Notes: a model not told the origin generated them from the sequence alone. Shown: positions 8,675-19,449, counted from the first letter of the stretch. The stretch: DNA of 64,000 nucleotides from Anaerolineae bacterium (GCA_013178015.1 JABLXR010000007.1:37682-101681); one strand, 5' to 3'. Numbers and translations: made by a program.

Positions 8675-10054
8675 CTAGGTGTTGTACTGGCGCAGAATCT
8701 CCGTGCCCACCTCGTCGGCTTCCTTCAGGACCGCGACCGGGTCTCCCTCACACGTCAGTATCTGTTCCACGATGGGCCGGATCTCGTTACGCCACTCGTG
8801 CCAGCCCTTCAAGATGGGGTAGAAGTCGCCCTTCTGCGTCTGCTCGATGAGAGCTTCCTTGGCGATGGCCGGCTGGTTGGCGAAGTACTCCGGGCTCTCG
8901 ATGACCGAGTGTCGGCAAGGCTGCGAGGTGCCGTTCAGGCCGATGGCCAGCTGGACCTCGTAGCTGGCCAGGTACTTGCCCAACTCCCAGGCCTCCTTTG
9001 GATACGGCGTCTTGGCCGAGATGCAGTTGGGCTGGTGGTTGTGGTTGCTCATGAAGCTCTTGGTGCGCGGGGCCCGGGCGATGCCCACTCGATGCACATT
9101 GAGTCCTGCCGCCGCCGCGGCCCGCTCTTCCATCCGACGCGGGATGCCCACAATGCCAGCGGCCTCGGGGCTGATGCCCAGGGACTCCCTCATGGCGGAG
9201 TAGTCCTCAAAGGGAATGGCCACCTTGAGGTCGCACATGAGTCTGTTGAGCATGAGCATGGCTTCCAGGGTGGCCTCGTTGCTGGCCAGAGTAGTCTCCA
9301 TGGTGTCCGGATTCCAGTAGCTCCCGCCATTCGAATAGACCCACTGGAACCAGTTGGGGCCGTCCACGTCGTTGCCCAGGGTGCAACCGTAGATGTCCTC
9401 GCCAAGGTTATTGATGGCAACGGCCGCCTCTACCCAGTCATCCCAGTTCCACCACTTGTCGCCGGCGTGGTCGTGCTCCCAGGGCATGGGCAGACCCGCC
9501 TGCTCAAACAAGTCTACGTTGATCTCCTCCCCGTAGAAGAGTCCCTGGAAGGGCAGGGCCAGGATTTGCCCGTTCTCGTAGAAGATGGGGTGCTGCTTGA
9601 TGATGTCCGGCTCGTTGATGTCCGGATCTACCTCGAAGAAGGGCTTGAGGTCCAAAAGCCAGTCTCTGAACTCAGGCGTCTCCACAAACGACCAGAGGAA
9701 GATGTCCGGCGCCGTGCCGGCGGCAAACTCCACCCGCAGACGGTCTCCCACCTCAGGCGCGGGCTCGTAAGCCACTGTGGCCACATCGGCGTACTTCTCG
9801 GCGAACTCGCCCAGGAACTGAGAGGTAAGCTCGCCCCGGTCGCCTCCGTACCAGTCTGTGAGATAGCGGATCCGAGGAACGGCGCCGGGTACTGCGGTCG
9901 GGGCGGCCGCCTCTACCACACGCGTTACCTCCTTCTCCACCACCTTTTCCACCACTTGGGGCGTGGCGGCGGCGCAGGCAGTCAGAGCGGCCCCCCCACT
10001 CGCGACAGCGGCTACACGCAAGAAGCTCCGTCTCGACAGACTCTGCCGTGCCAT
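8675..10054 (-). CDS. Extracellular solute-binding lipoprotein of a sugar ABC transporter (twin-arginine signal)
   Basis: MARQSLSRRSFLRVAAVASGGAALTAC… has a twin-arginine motif and a lipobox. Start at the ATG 10052-10054, preceded by GGAGGTG; the track ORF is extended by 27 codons. Confidence 0.8.
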   Translation of the reverse strand: MARQSLSRRSFLRVAAVASGGAALTACAAATPQVVEKVVEKEVTRVVEAAAPTAVPGAVPRIRYLTDWYGGDRGELTSQFLGEFAEKYADVATVAYEPAPEVGDRLRVEFAAGTAPDIFLWSFVETPEFRDWLLDLKPFFEVDPDINEPDIIKQHPIFYENGQILALPFQGLFYGEEINVDLFEQAGLPMPWEHDHAGDKWWNWDDWVEAAVAINNLGEDIYGCTLGNDVDGPNWFQWVYSNGGSYWNPDTMETTLASNEATLEAMLMLNRLMCDLKVAIPFEDYSAMRESLGISPEAAGIVGIPRRMEERAAAAAGLNVHRVGIARAPRTKSFMSNHNHQPNCISAKTPYPKEAWELGKYLASYEVQLAIGLNGTSQPCRHSVIESPEYFANQPAIAKEALIEQTQKGDFYPILKGWHEWRNEIRPIVEQILTCEGDPVAVLKEADEVGTEILRQYNT

Positions 10055-10234
10055 CTCTCGCACCTCCATCAAGTACTCGCTGCTCGGCCCGAAAGATTCC
10101 CCGTACAGCGGTGGACGGAGACCACACGCCACCACCTGTACCTCAGTATAGAGCCCACCGGTAGTGGTTGCTCGCCAATCTGCTGACAGCTTTGTGACAA
10201 GAGCAGGGCTCTTTCCTCTAGTCTGTTCCCGACC

Positions 10235-11389
10235 TCACCCGAGGTTCACGTATGTGCCAAGAACACCGGTGACCCCATCCTGCCCCTGTCCGTAGTAGCA
10301 GACGAACAGCTTGCCAGGAGCGTACTCGATGCTAGCCGGGTACCCCAGATCGCCGTTGGGCAAGTCATCGCGGACCACAAGCTCGTCCTCCACCCGCCAC
10401 GTGCGGCCACCATCCTCGCTCAGGCACGCTCGGATGCCGAAGGGAGGGGAGCGCCGCCCATAGGTGCAGACGATCCGCCCATCACGGAGCTTTAGCAGAT
10501 GCCCAGGGTGCCCGAACAGGCGCGATCTATCCGGCGCACTCCAGGTTCGGCCGCCATCGTCGGAGCGACAGAAGTGCAGGTAGCCGGTGTTGCGGCTATC
10601 GCGCAAGACGCAAAGCAGCCGACCGGGCGCCACCTCGAGCAGATCGGGCTCCCCGTCTATCAGGCCCTTGGTCTCGCAGATGAGCGTGGGCCGGGACCAA
10701 CTGAGCCCGCCGTCGTGGGAGAAGACGATGAAGTTGTGCTCCAGATACGGATGCTCCTCCAGGGCGTAGGCCAGACGCCCGTCGGACAGCTCCACCACTC
10801 CGGTGCGGGTGTAGCCGTCCCGATAGGGACTGGTGTCCACCCGCACCGTACGCTGGAAGGTGCGGCCTCCATCGCAGCTGAAATGCAGGTAGAGACCGTG
10901 GAACCCCCGGGCCCAGGGGTAGCAGGAGCGCTCCCAGTCCGCGTCCGTGAACTTCTCGGTGAACTGGCGCCGCTCCAAGGCGATGGCGATGCGCTCTCCC
11001 GCCTCTCTGCGACGACGCGCCAACCCAAGGGGGTACCAAGCGAAGCGGAACTGGCTCAACACCACCTCTCCGCTCCTCAGCTGCCGTAGGCCCGGGCACT
11101 CCACCCCGTACCAGTCGAAGCTCGGCACGAACTCAGGCATCCCCCACGACCGCCCCCAGTCGGCGGAGCGGCAGATGGCGTTGCGAAAGAAGGGATCCTC
11201 CGGGGGATGTAGGCGCTCCGGGTGCCGGCGAACGTAGTTGAACGCCACCAGCCATTCGCCACTATCCAGGACCTCGATGGCCGGGTGTGAGGCGTAGATA
11301 TGGTCGTCTCGGAATATCGTGACGGTCTCGCCCACGGAGTAGCATTCCACGCTGCTTCCCCCATCTCCCAGGCTACGCCTCTGCCACAC
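10235..11389 (-). CDS. BNR/Asp-box repeat sialidase-like glycoside hydrolase
   Basis: Four Asp-boxes (SCDGGRTF, SHDGGLSW, SDDGGRTW, SEDGGRTW). GTG start with a GGGAG SD. Confidence 0.7.
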   Translation of the reverse strand: MWQRRSLGDGGSSVECYSVGETVTIFRDDHIYASHPAIEVLDSGEWLVAFNYVRRHPERLHPPEDPFFRNAICRSADWGRSWGMPEFVPSFDWYGVECPGLRQLRSGEVVLSQFRFAWYPLGLARRRREAGERIAIALERRQFTEKFTDADWERSCYPWARGFHGLYLHFSCDGGRTFQRTVRVDTSPYRDGYTRTGVVELSDGRLAYALEEHPYLEHNFIVFSHDGGLSWSRPTLICETKGLIDGEPDLLEVAPGRLLCVLRDSRNTGYLHFCRSDDGGRTWSAPDRSRLFGHPGHLLKLRDGRIVCTYGRRSPPFGIRACLSEDGGRTWRVEDELVVRDDLPNGDLGYPASIEYAPGKLFVCYYGQGQDGVTGVLGTYVNLG

Positions 11390-12791
11390 CTAACTCCCGC
11401 AGCCTCTCCCCATCGCCCAGGTAAGCCTGGTAGCGGTGCACCAGGGTGCGCTGCAGCTCCTTTATGTCAATGTCGCGCGGCGTCACCCCGTCGCGGGCCG
11501 CCATGGCCGCCGCCAAGCCCGCCGCCTGCCCCATCATCAGGCACTTCCACCGGTTCCTCATCGAGGGCGGCTGCAGGATGGCTGAGAGCCCAGCGCACAG
11601 CAGCCCCTCCACCTTCTGAGGCAGGAGCTGCCGGTAGGGGAAGTCCGCCCCGCCCTCCACCCTCGGCTGACGCTGATCGGGGTAGTGCACGAAGATCACG
11701 TCGTCGAACCGACGCCCGACCGCCATGTCCTCCATGGTGGTGGCGTGCTCGGCCACGATCCCCCGCCCGCCGCGGGTGTGGAAGTAGGGCGACACCACCA
11801 GCAGGTACGACTGCTCGAACCCGGGAACGTAGCGCCGCAGGAACTGGGCCGTCTCGAAGATGTACAGGCGCGAGCCCGCCTCCAGCCTGCTCATCATCGC
11901 CTGGTCGCCGCTCCGGATGCCCTTGCCCCGCAGGCCCACCTGGGTGCTCACCAGGCCATCCCGAGGGCCGAAGTACTCATTGGGCGAGTGGGGGATGCCG
12001 TGGTCGAGGCTGACGCTGGCGATGCCGTCTATGTCCTTGATGATCCAGTACTCCCCCAGCTCCCAGGCCCTCTTGTAGAAGGGGATGAGCGGGTTCAGCC
12101 GCGGTACGGGAGAGCCGAAGTGCCGGGTGAAGATCTCCTCGGCCCAGGCGAGGTCCTGTGGATCAATGCGATGCTCGCCTCGCAGCCAGCCCATGAACCT
12201 GCCGGTGTCCACCCCGGCCACCGTGAAGTGCATGCCGGGGTGGACGTAGTTCTCGCCCTCGTCTACCGGCGCTCCGGCCCGCATCGCCACGTCAGCGTCG
12301 GCCGTGGCGTCGATCACCACTCCGGCCAGGATGGCCTGGGAGCCCGACTTGTTCTCTACCATCACGCCCACCACCCGGTTCCCTTCCATGATGGGATCGG
12401 CAACGTAGGTGTTGAGCAACAGCCGGACCCGGTTCTCCTCCATCATCCTGAGCCAAACGTACGAGGCCACCTGCGAGTCCCGCAGGTGCTGGTGTCCCAT
12501 CTGTCCGTCAGCATAGCCCTCGCACCGATTGAGGAACTCGCCCGGGATCCCCTTCAGCCCGCCCATCATTGCCTGGGGATAGCCTAGGGCCAGGTGGACC
12601 ACCCCTCCCGACATCATCCCCGGCCCCACGTTGCCTCCCAGGATGCCGAACCGGTCCACCAGCATGGTCCGGGCCCCGTTGCGCGCGGCAGCCACGGCGG
12701 CGCAGCAGCCGGCGATGCCAGCGCCTGCCACCAGGACGTCCACCTCGGCCACCACCGGTACGCGCTTGGTAACCTCCACAGTACCTTCCAC
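11373..12791 (-). CDS. FAD-dependent oxidoreductase (FAD_oxidored / PF12831-like)
   Basis: N-terminal dinucleotide-binding motif VLVAGAGIAGCCAAVAAARNGARTMLVDR…GGN. GTG start with a GGAGG SD. Confidence 0.75.
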   Translation of the reverse strand: MEGTVEVTKRVPVVAEVDVLVAGAGIAGCCAAVAAARNGARTMLVDRFGILGGNVGPGMMSGGVVHLALGYPQAMMGGLKGIPGEFLNRCEGYADGQMGHQHLRDSQVASYVWLRMMEENRVRLLLNTYVADPIMEGNRVVGVMVENKSGSQAILAGVVIDATADADVAMRAGAPVDEGENYVHPGMHFTVAGVDTGRFMGWLRGEHRIDPQDLAWAEEIFTRHFGSPVPRLNPLIPFYKRAWELGEYWIIKDIDGIASVSLDHGIPHSPNEYFGPRDGLVSTQVGLRGKGIRSGDQAMMSRLEAGSRLYIFETAQFLRRYVPGFEQSYLLVVSPYFHTRGGRGIVAEHATTMEDMAVGRRFDDVIFVHYPDQRQPRVEGGADFPYRQLLPQKVEGLLCAGLSAILQPPSMRNRWKCLMMGQAAGLAAAMAARDGVTPRDIDIKELQRTLVHRYQAYLGDGERLRELGVAEA

Positions 12792-12912
12792 AGTCCACCT
12801 CCGGAACTCGTTACGCGGGCGCTCGCGCCCCTTATGCTGGTCGTCACTCCCACCTGCGCCTCAATGGTAGCGCGCTGGGCTCGCCATGGCTTGACAGTTC
12901 ACTGACAGGCTG

Positions 12913-14145
12913 GTGACAATGAGTCTGGATCCGCCGTCGGTTCTGTGGTGCAGGTGCCCGACCATGGGAGCATCGCTGGGGGTCGAAGAGGTTCACGAGG
13001 CACTCCTGTGCCTCTACAGCCCTACGGAGCTCGCCCGGTGCGCTCTGGCGCAGGAGATTGTTGCCGCGCGCGAAGTTGGTGATGTGGTCCTGCGGGCACA
13101 GGCAGTGCGCGATCTCCTTCTGGACGCGCTCGAGACCTTGCGGCCCACCGGTGGTCCGTCACCCTCCGCATCCGCCTCCCGCGCCTACGACTGCCTGACC
13201 TACAGGTACGTCTCGGGCATGTCAGTAGAGGACGTCGCTTACGAACTGCACCTGAGCCCGCGACAGGTCTACCGGGACCTGCGCTGGGGAGAGGAGAGGC
13301 TGGCCGAGCTGCTCAGCTCCCGGCTCTCCGGCCAGGATGCGCCGGACCCGCGCCCCAGCTCGCCCCTCTCGCAGGAGCTGGAGGCGGCCGCCTCCGGGGC
13401 TCAGGCGATGGACCTGGCGGAGGCGGTGGCCTCTTCCGTGGCTGCCCTGGACGCTCTGGCCGAGCGCCTGGATACCACCCTCGAGTACGAGGGCCCCACC
13501 ACGGGGCTACCGATCAGGGGCACGCCGGGCCTTCTGCGCTCCCTCATCGCCCAGGTGCTCAGCGCGTTACTTCAGACCAGTGGCCCGGTGCATGTGTCGC
13601 TCACTTCCGACCACAAGCTCGCTTGCCTCAGCTTCCGGGTACGTCAGAGGCCTGGCATCCTGCGCCGCGAACTGGCGGGGCCTGCCAGCCAGCTGCTTCA
13701 GGTACAGAGGATAGGCTACCGCCTATCGGCCGAAGGCGAGGATGCCATCCTGCAGATGCACTTCCCCCTCAACCCGGAGAGGGTAGTGCTGGTGGTAGAA
13801 GACAGCCCGGGCGCTTGCGCCCTTTACGGCCGCTACCTCGAAGGCACGGGGTGGAAGCCGGTGCTGGCCGAGAGGCCAGGCCTGGTCACCGGTCTGGCGG
13901 TGGCTCACCGGGCCGCAGCCATCATCCTAGACATCATGATGCCCGAGACCGACGGCTGGAGCGTCCTGCAGGCAGTGCGGCTGAACCCTCTTACGGCGGA
14001 GGTTCCGGTCATCGTATGCTCGGTGCTCAGCGACCCAGAGCTGGCCGCCGCCCTGGGCGCTACCGGCTACCTCACCAAGCCTGTGACCCGTCCTCAACTG
14101 CTAGCCGCTCTGGCGCAGGCAGCTCCGGCAAGTAGGCCGGCTTGA
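12913..14145 (+). CDS. Atypical response regulator: N-terminal sigma70-region-4-like HTH, central degenerate histidine-kinase-like (HATPase N-box-like) segment, C-terminal receiver domain
   Basis: The HTH-like segment is YDCLTYRYVSGMSVEDVAYELHLSPRQVYRDLRWGEERLAEL. The middle segment (GLPIRGTPGLLRSLIAQVLSALLQTSGPVHVSLTSD) resembles the N-box of the adjacent kinase (IDRTRIRQVLLNLLANACRFTEKGEITVAV). The C-terminal receiver has VVEDS…ILDIMMP…LTKP with the acidic pocket, phospho-Asp and Lys conserved. Confidence 0.75.
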   Translation: MTMSLDPPSVLWCRCPTMGASLGVEEVHEALLCLYSPTELARCALAQEIVAAREVGDVVLRAQAVRDLLLDALETLRPTGGPSPSASASRAYDCLTYRYVSGMSVEDVAYELHLSPRQVYRDLRWGEERLAELLSSRLSGQDAPDPRPSSPLSQELEAAASGAQAMDLAEAVASSVAALDALAERLDTTLEYEGPTTGLPIRGTPGLLRSLIAQVLSALLQTSGPVHVSLTSDHKLACLSFRVRQRPGILRRELAGPASQLLQVQRIGYRLSAEGEDAILQMHFPLNPERVVLVVEDSPGACALYGRYLEGTGWKPVLAERPGLVTGLAVAHRAAAIILDIMMPETDGWSVLQAVRLNPLTAEVPVIVCSVLSDPELAAALGATGYLTKPVTRPQLLAALAQAAPASRPA

Positions 14146-16255
14146 GTTGCGTCAAGCAGGCACGGATCAGGGTGAGGGTGTCGTCTTCCGACAGGCCCGC
14201 CGCCGAGGTAACGGAGAAGCTGCGCGCTTGACGTCCGGAGCCCTCCATGCCCGGCTGTATCGCCGTCACGGCCACAATGGCCGGGCTCCGCTCGCCCATC
14301 TCCTGCCTGATGATGCGGGCCACCGAGTGGCCGCCCAGGTCGGGCAAGGCAATGTCCAGAAGGACTACGTCAACCGGTTCGCCTCTGACCTTCTCCAGCG
14401 CCTCCTGCCCGCCGTGGGCCCAGATCACCCGGTAGGGCGCTCGCTGCACCTCCAGCAGCCTTCTCACCAGACGGACGAAGGACGGGTCGTCATCCACAAT
14501 GAGTAGCGTGCCTGCCCTGGCCACTCGCTCCAGAGCCCCCGCCAGCCTGTCGTCACCGATGGGCTTCACTAACCAGTCGTCGAACAGCTCGCCCTCCACG
14601 TAGTTGTGGCTCACGGGCAAGGAGCACTGCACTACCGGCACCGGTTCGCTCACGAAGGGCGGAGGTGCGCCGTGGGGCGCGTCCGCCGGCTCCGGTGGCA
14701 CGTTGACGATCACGGCGTCGGGATGCTCTTGCCGGACTAGCTTCCTGGCCTCCAGCAGGTCAGTAGCACCCACGATCCGGTAGCCCTCGAGATGGCGCGA
14801 CAGGAAGGCGCGCCCCTCGGGTTCGTCCACCAGCACGACCGTGGGCACGCGCTCGTCCCTCGGCAGCCCGTCAGCCCCCGCTTCCGGAAGCCGGACCACC
14901 TGCTTCTCCTCCAGCGGCAGAGTAAAGAAGAAAGTGCTCCCCTCCCCCAGCGCGCTCTCCACCCATACGCGCCCGCCGTGCATCTGCACAAACCGCTTGG
15001 CTATGGCCAGGCCCAAGCCCTTGCCCAGGCGGCGGAGCCCGTCCTCATCGCCCGTATCCGCCTGCTCGAACTCCTCGAAGATGCGCTCCGACTCCTCCGG
15101 CGGGATCCCGGGCCCAGTATCGGCGACGGACACCACTACCTCGTCCGCCTGAACCATGACCGCCACCGTTATCTCCCCCTTTTCGGTGAAGCGGCAGGCG
15201 TTCGCCAGGAGGTTGAGTAGCACCTGGCGGATACGCGTCCTGTCAATGAAAAGCTCAGGCAGATCGGACGGGACGTGCCGCACAAGGCGAACCTCTCCCC
15301 TGTCGGCCAGCAATCGGGAGGCCACCTCGATAGCCTCCTCGACGATCACCCGCAGATCCACGTGCTCGCGCCGGACAGGCATCTTGAGAGCCTGCAGCCG
15401 GGCCAGGTCCAGCACGTCGTCAATCAGCTCCGACAGGTAGCGGGCGCTGCGCTGGATCTCGATGACGTCCCTCCTGAGGGCGGGGGTCCATACGGCGCCG
15501 GCATAGACCTCCGGATAGCGCTGCATCACCTCCACGAAGCCCAATATTATGTTGAGTGGAGTGCGCAGCTCGTGACTGACCGTGGTGGCGAACTGCTCCT
15601 TGAGCTGCCGGGCCTCCTGGGCCTCGCGCTGTGCCTGCCCTAGCTCGTTGAGGCTGCGCTTCAGCAGCCCATTGGAGACCCGCAGCGCCTTGTTCAGCCG
15701 GTTGACCTCCTCCTGACGCAGCCGCACCTCCCGCGCCAGAACGTTCAGTTGCTCCGTCTGGCCCCAGGCCTCGAACAGAAGCGACCTGCCGGTAGAGGCC
15801 TGGAGAAGCCCCACCATCCCCACCGAGGCCAGCAACAGCGTTGAGCTCTCCCGACCGACCGGCACCAGGCTCCCGCTCAGAATTAGGGGCAGGAGCGACA
15901 TCCCCACCGCCGCGGGCACAGCGAGCCAGGCCGGCAGCAGGAATAGGCTCAGCAAGAGCGGCAACGCCAGAAAGGGAAGTGCCTCTCCATACCCGAGGGG
16001 TCCCTGGCATACCAGGACCACCGCCAGGAGCAGTCCCACCTGAGCCAGGGCTCCGACGGTGGCCGGTGGGCGCGAGTACAGGGCAATCAACGGCAGAGCT
16101 ATACCGACCGTAAGGAGCAGGCCCACCAGGGCTAGATCCAGCTCCCGGTCACCCAGCTCCACGAACAGCCGCAACCAGCCCAACCCGGCGAGCGACAGCC
16201 CGAGCTTGAGGGCGAGACCCCGACGGCTCTCGTCCCAACGATCCTGCCCCGTCAT
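14072..16255 (-). CDS. Hybrid sensor histidine kinase (multi-TM sensor, HisKA, HATPase_c, pseudo-receiver, receiver)
   Basis: H-box FATTVSHELRTPLNIILGF. ATP-binding N/G boxes (LLNLLANACRFT, DTGPGIP, GKGLGLAI). First receiver-like domain has Asn at the phospho-Asp position (AVIVNVP); second receiver is canonical (LIVDDDP…VVLLDIALP). ATG at 16255 with a GGGGAGGAG SD. Its 3' end overlaps the regulator's 3' end by 74 nt. Confidence 0.85.
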   Translation of the reverse strand: MTGQDRWDESRRGLALKLGLSLAGLGWLRLFVELGDRELDLALVGLLLTVGIALPLIALYSRPPATVGALAQVGLLLAVVLVCQGPLGYGEALPFLALPLLLSLFLLPAWLAVPAAVGMSLLPLILSGSLVPVGRESSTLLLASVGMVGLLQASTGRSLLFEAWGQTEQLNVLAREVRLRQEEVNRLNKALRVSNGLLKRSLNELGQAQREAQEARQLKEQFATTVSHELRTPLNIILGFVEVMQRYPEVYAGAVWTPALRRDVIEIQRSARYLSELIDDVLDLARLQALKMPVRREHVDLRVIVEEAIEVASRLLADRGEVRLVRHVPSDLPELFIDRTRIRQVLLNLLANACRFTEKGEITVAVMVQADEVVVSVADTGPGIPPEESERIFEEFEQADTGDEDGLRRLGKGLGLAIAKRFVQMHGGRVWVESALGEGSTFFFTLPLEEKQVVRLPEAGADGLPRDERVPTVVLVDEPEGRAFLSRHLEGYRIVGATDLLEARKLVRQEHPDAVIVNVPPEPADAPHGAPPPFVSEPVPVVQCSLPVSHNYVEGELFDDWLVKPIGDDRLAGALERVARAGTLLIVDDDPSFVRLVRRLLEVQRAPYRVIWAHGGQEALEKVRGEPVDVVLLDIALPDLGGHSVARIIRQEMGERSPAIVAVTAIQPGMEGSGRQARSFSVTSAAGLSEDDTLTLIRACLTQLKPAYLPELPAPERLAVEDGSQAW

Positions 16256-16304
16256 CGCTCTCCTCCCCTGGCCTCACCCCCGCCACCGGCCCTGCTACCC
16301 TCCG

Positions 16305-17342
16305 TCAGGCGTACGCCATGGGTAGCGGAAGCGAGATGGCGCTGCCGGTGGCGGACGACTGCAGCCCCGCTTCCAGTATCTCCTGCGCGTCCCGACCGAC
16401 CTCGGCGCTGCAGAGGCCGACGATGGGCTCTCCTCGCGCCAGACGACTCAGGAAGTAGGCCGTCGCGCTGGCTTCATCCTCCGGCAGCGGAGGTACTTTC
16501 ACCTCCACTCCCTCGTCGTGCTCTTGGTCCGCCAAAAGGACGCGGCCCTGCTTTCCGGGCTCCACTACCAGAGTGCCCTCGGTGCCGTAGATGACAGTCA
16601 CGTAGGAGGTCAGGTGGCCGATCTGGCTCCAAGAGGCCTCCGCCAGCGCCATGGCCTTCGGCCACTCCATGACGATGACGGCGTTGTCGTCCACCAGTAC
16701 GTAGTCTTTGACCAGCCTGCCCACGATCCCCGTCACCCGGCTGGGCTGTCCCAGGAGGTAGCGAGCCAGGGCGGAGCCGTAGGAGCAGTAGTCCATGAGA
16801 GCTCCTGCCCCGTTCCGGGCGGGATCATACAGCCAGTCGCAGAAATAGGGCGAGCACCCGAGCTCCTTGGGGCCAGCGTGGGCGGCCCGGTAGCGGGTGC
16901 AGAACGGTCGTCCGATTCGCCCGGACTGAGCCAGGCTCAGCGCATGCTGGAGCGCTGGCCACCAGGCGAAGGGCCAGTTCACCATCAGTTGGGTGCCGGC
17001 CCTGCGGCAGGCGGCTATCATGCGGTCGGCACCCAGCAGGTCGGCAGCCATGGGCTTCTCCACCAGCGCGTGGAGCCCTCGATCAGCCGCCATCTCCACC
17101 AGCTCCACCGAGCCGGCATTGTCGGCGTAGACGTAGACGGCGTCCAGCTCGCTCTCCTCGAGCATCGCCTCGTACGAGTCGAAAGTGCCCACGCCATGCT
17201 CGCTGCGGACCCGGTCCAGCAGGGGTTGGTTGGGGTCAGCCACTGCCACCAGTTCCCCCAGGTCCGAGGACTGCAGATCGGCCAGATTGCCCCACACGTG
17301 ATCGTGGGTCAGTCCCAACACGCCTACTCGAAGCTTACCCAT
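16305..17342 (-). CDS. Gfo/Idh/MocA-family oxidoreductase
   Basis: MGKLRVGVLGLTHDHVWGNL…EKP Rossmann motif. ATG with a GGGGAGG SD. Confidence 0.85.
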   Translation of the reverse strand: MGKLRVGVLGLTHDHVWGNLADLQSSDLGELVAVADPNQPLLDRVRSEHGVGTFDSYEAMLEESELDAVYVYADNAGSVELVEMAADRGLHALVEKPMAADLLGADRMIAACRRAGTQLMVNWPFAWWPALQHALSLAQSGRIGRPFCTRYRAAHAGPKELGCSPYFCDWLYDPARNGAGALMDYCSYGSALARYLLGQPSRVTGIVGRLVKDYVLVDDNAVIVMEWPKAMALAEASWSQIGHLTSYVTVIYGTEGTLVVEPGKQGRVLLADQEHDEGVEVKVPPLPEDEASATAYFLSRLARGEPIVGLCSAEVGRDAQEILEAGLQSSATGSAISLPLPMAYA

Positions 17343-17346
17343 CGTG

Positions 17347-18195
17347 CTAGCCTCCCCGTCCCATGGGGTACTGCTCTCCGAAGAAGGGAAAGAGCTCCCC
17401 TAGCGTCTCCTCGGTCACCTGACCGCCGTACTCCCCGAACTCGAACGACTCGGCGTACCGGACTCGAGCGCCCGCCTCGTCTCCATACAGGCGCTTCAGC
17501 AGGTCGCGACAGCGGTCGGCCTCCCGGGCCATCATGCCCAGACGTTGGGCCGCCATCCACTGGCGTCTTGCCTCCCGGCCTTCCGGCATCTGCTCCAGAG
17601 CGCCGTGATTGTAGGGCAGCCATTCGTAGAACTGGGACACGTGGCTGTCCAACATGTCTATCTTGTTCTCCACCACGTCATCAATGCTCACAGCCACGTC
17701 GGGCGTGTGGGGATAGGGTCGGGTGAAGCTGTCGCTCCAGTAAGCGATGACCGGGTTATACCGCAGATGAGGCGTAAGGGCCTGAACGTTAGGGATGGTC
17801 ACCGTGTAAGCAGCATCCTGCACCAGTTGGGAGGTGTAGCGGTGGTCGGGGTGGTAGTCGTTGGGCCGGTTGGTCACCACGAGATCGGGCCGGAACTCCC
17901 GGATCACGTTCACCACTACCCAACGGTTCTCCAGGGACGGGATCAGCTCGGCATCGTGGAGATCGAGCAACTGGTACTCGATGCCCGCGATCTGGGCCAC
18001 CCGCTGGGCCTCCTGATAGCGGCGTCGGGCCAGCGGCCCTCCTCCCTCCCGGTAGTGACCCCCGTCGCCGTTGGTCAGGGAGACGAACTTCACCTGGTGC
18101 CCCAACCGCACATACTTGGTGGCACAACCGCCGAACCGATAGTCGCAGTCGTCGGGATGGGCCCCGATGGCGAGCACCCGCAGGGTGTTCGGCAT
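17347..18195 (-). CDS. PIG-L/LmbE-family N-acetyl-glucosaminyl deacetylase
   Basis: MPNTLRVLAIGAHPDDCDYRFGG…HPDH motifs typical of the LmbE family. Start at the ATG 18193-18195 with a GGAGG SD. The 30-aa track extension is a translation of the heptad repeat and is rejected. Confidence 0.8.
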   Translation of the reverse strand: MPNTLRVLAIGAHPDDCDYRFGGCATKYVRLGHQVKFVSLTNGDGGHYREGGGPLARRRYQEAQRVAQIAGIEYQLLDLHDAELIPSLENRWVVVNVIREFRPDLVVTNRPNDYHPDHRYTSQLVQDAAYTVTIPNVQALTPHLRYNPVIAYWSDSFTRPYPHTPDVAVSIDDVVENKIDMLDSHVSQFYEWLPYNHGALEQMPEGREARRQWMAAQRLGMMAREADRCRDLLKRLYGDEAGARVRYAESFEFGEYGGQVTEETLGELFPFFGEQYPMGRGG

Positions 18196-18213
18196 GATTG
18201 CCTCCATGTTGCT

Positions 18214-19137
<924 letters not shown>

Positions 19138-19449
19138 TGCATCCCTCTCGTGCCTCAGAGTTGGCCCCGTTCGGCCCCTGTGGGTCGAGCTTAGCGCACT
19201 TGGGCCGCGACGCCCAACGCCTCAGGCCGCCCTCTGCGTTCAGTAGCCTGGCCCCGAGCGGTCCGACGCAGAAGCGAAAGCCGGGCGGGAGTCGTGCCGA
19301 CCCCGACCCGGCATGGGGGAAGAGACGCCGCGATGCGTCGTCTGCGATGCGTTGGCTAGGCCTTGCTCCTGTCAATGCAGTGGGACAGTAAAGCTGCCCT
19401 CTTCAGGCTGCGGGCGCCCCAAGTGAACTTCCTGCCCAGGGGCGCAACG

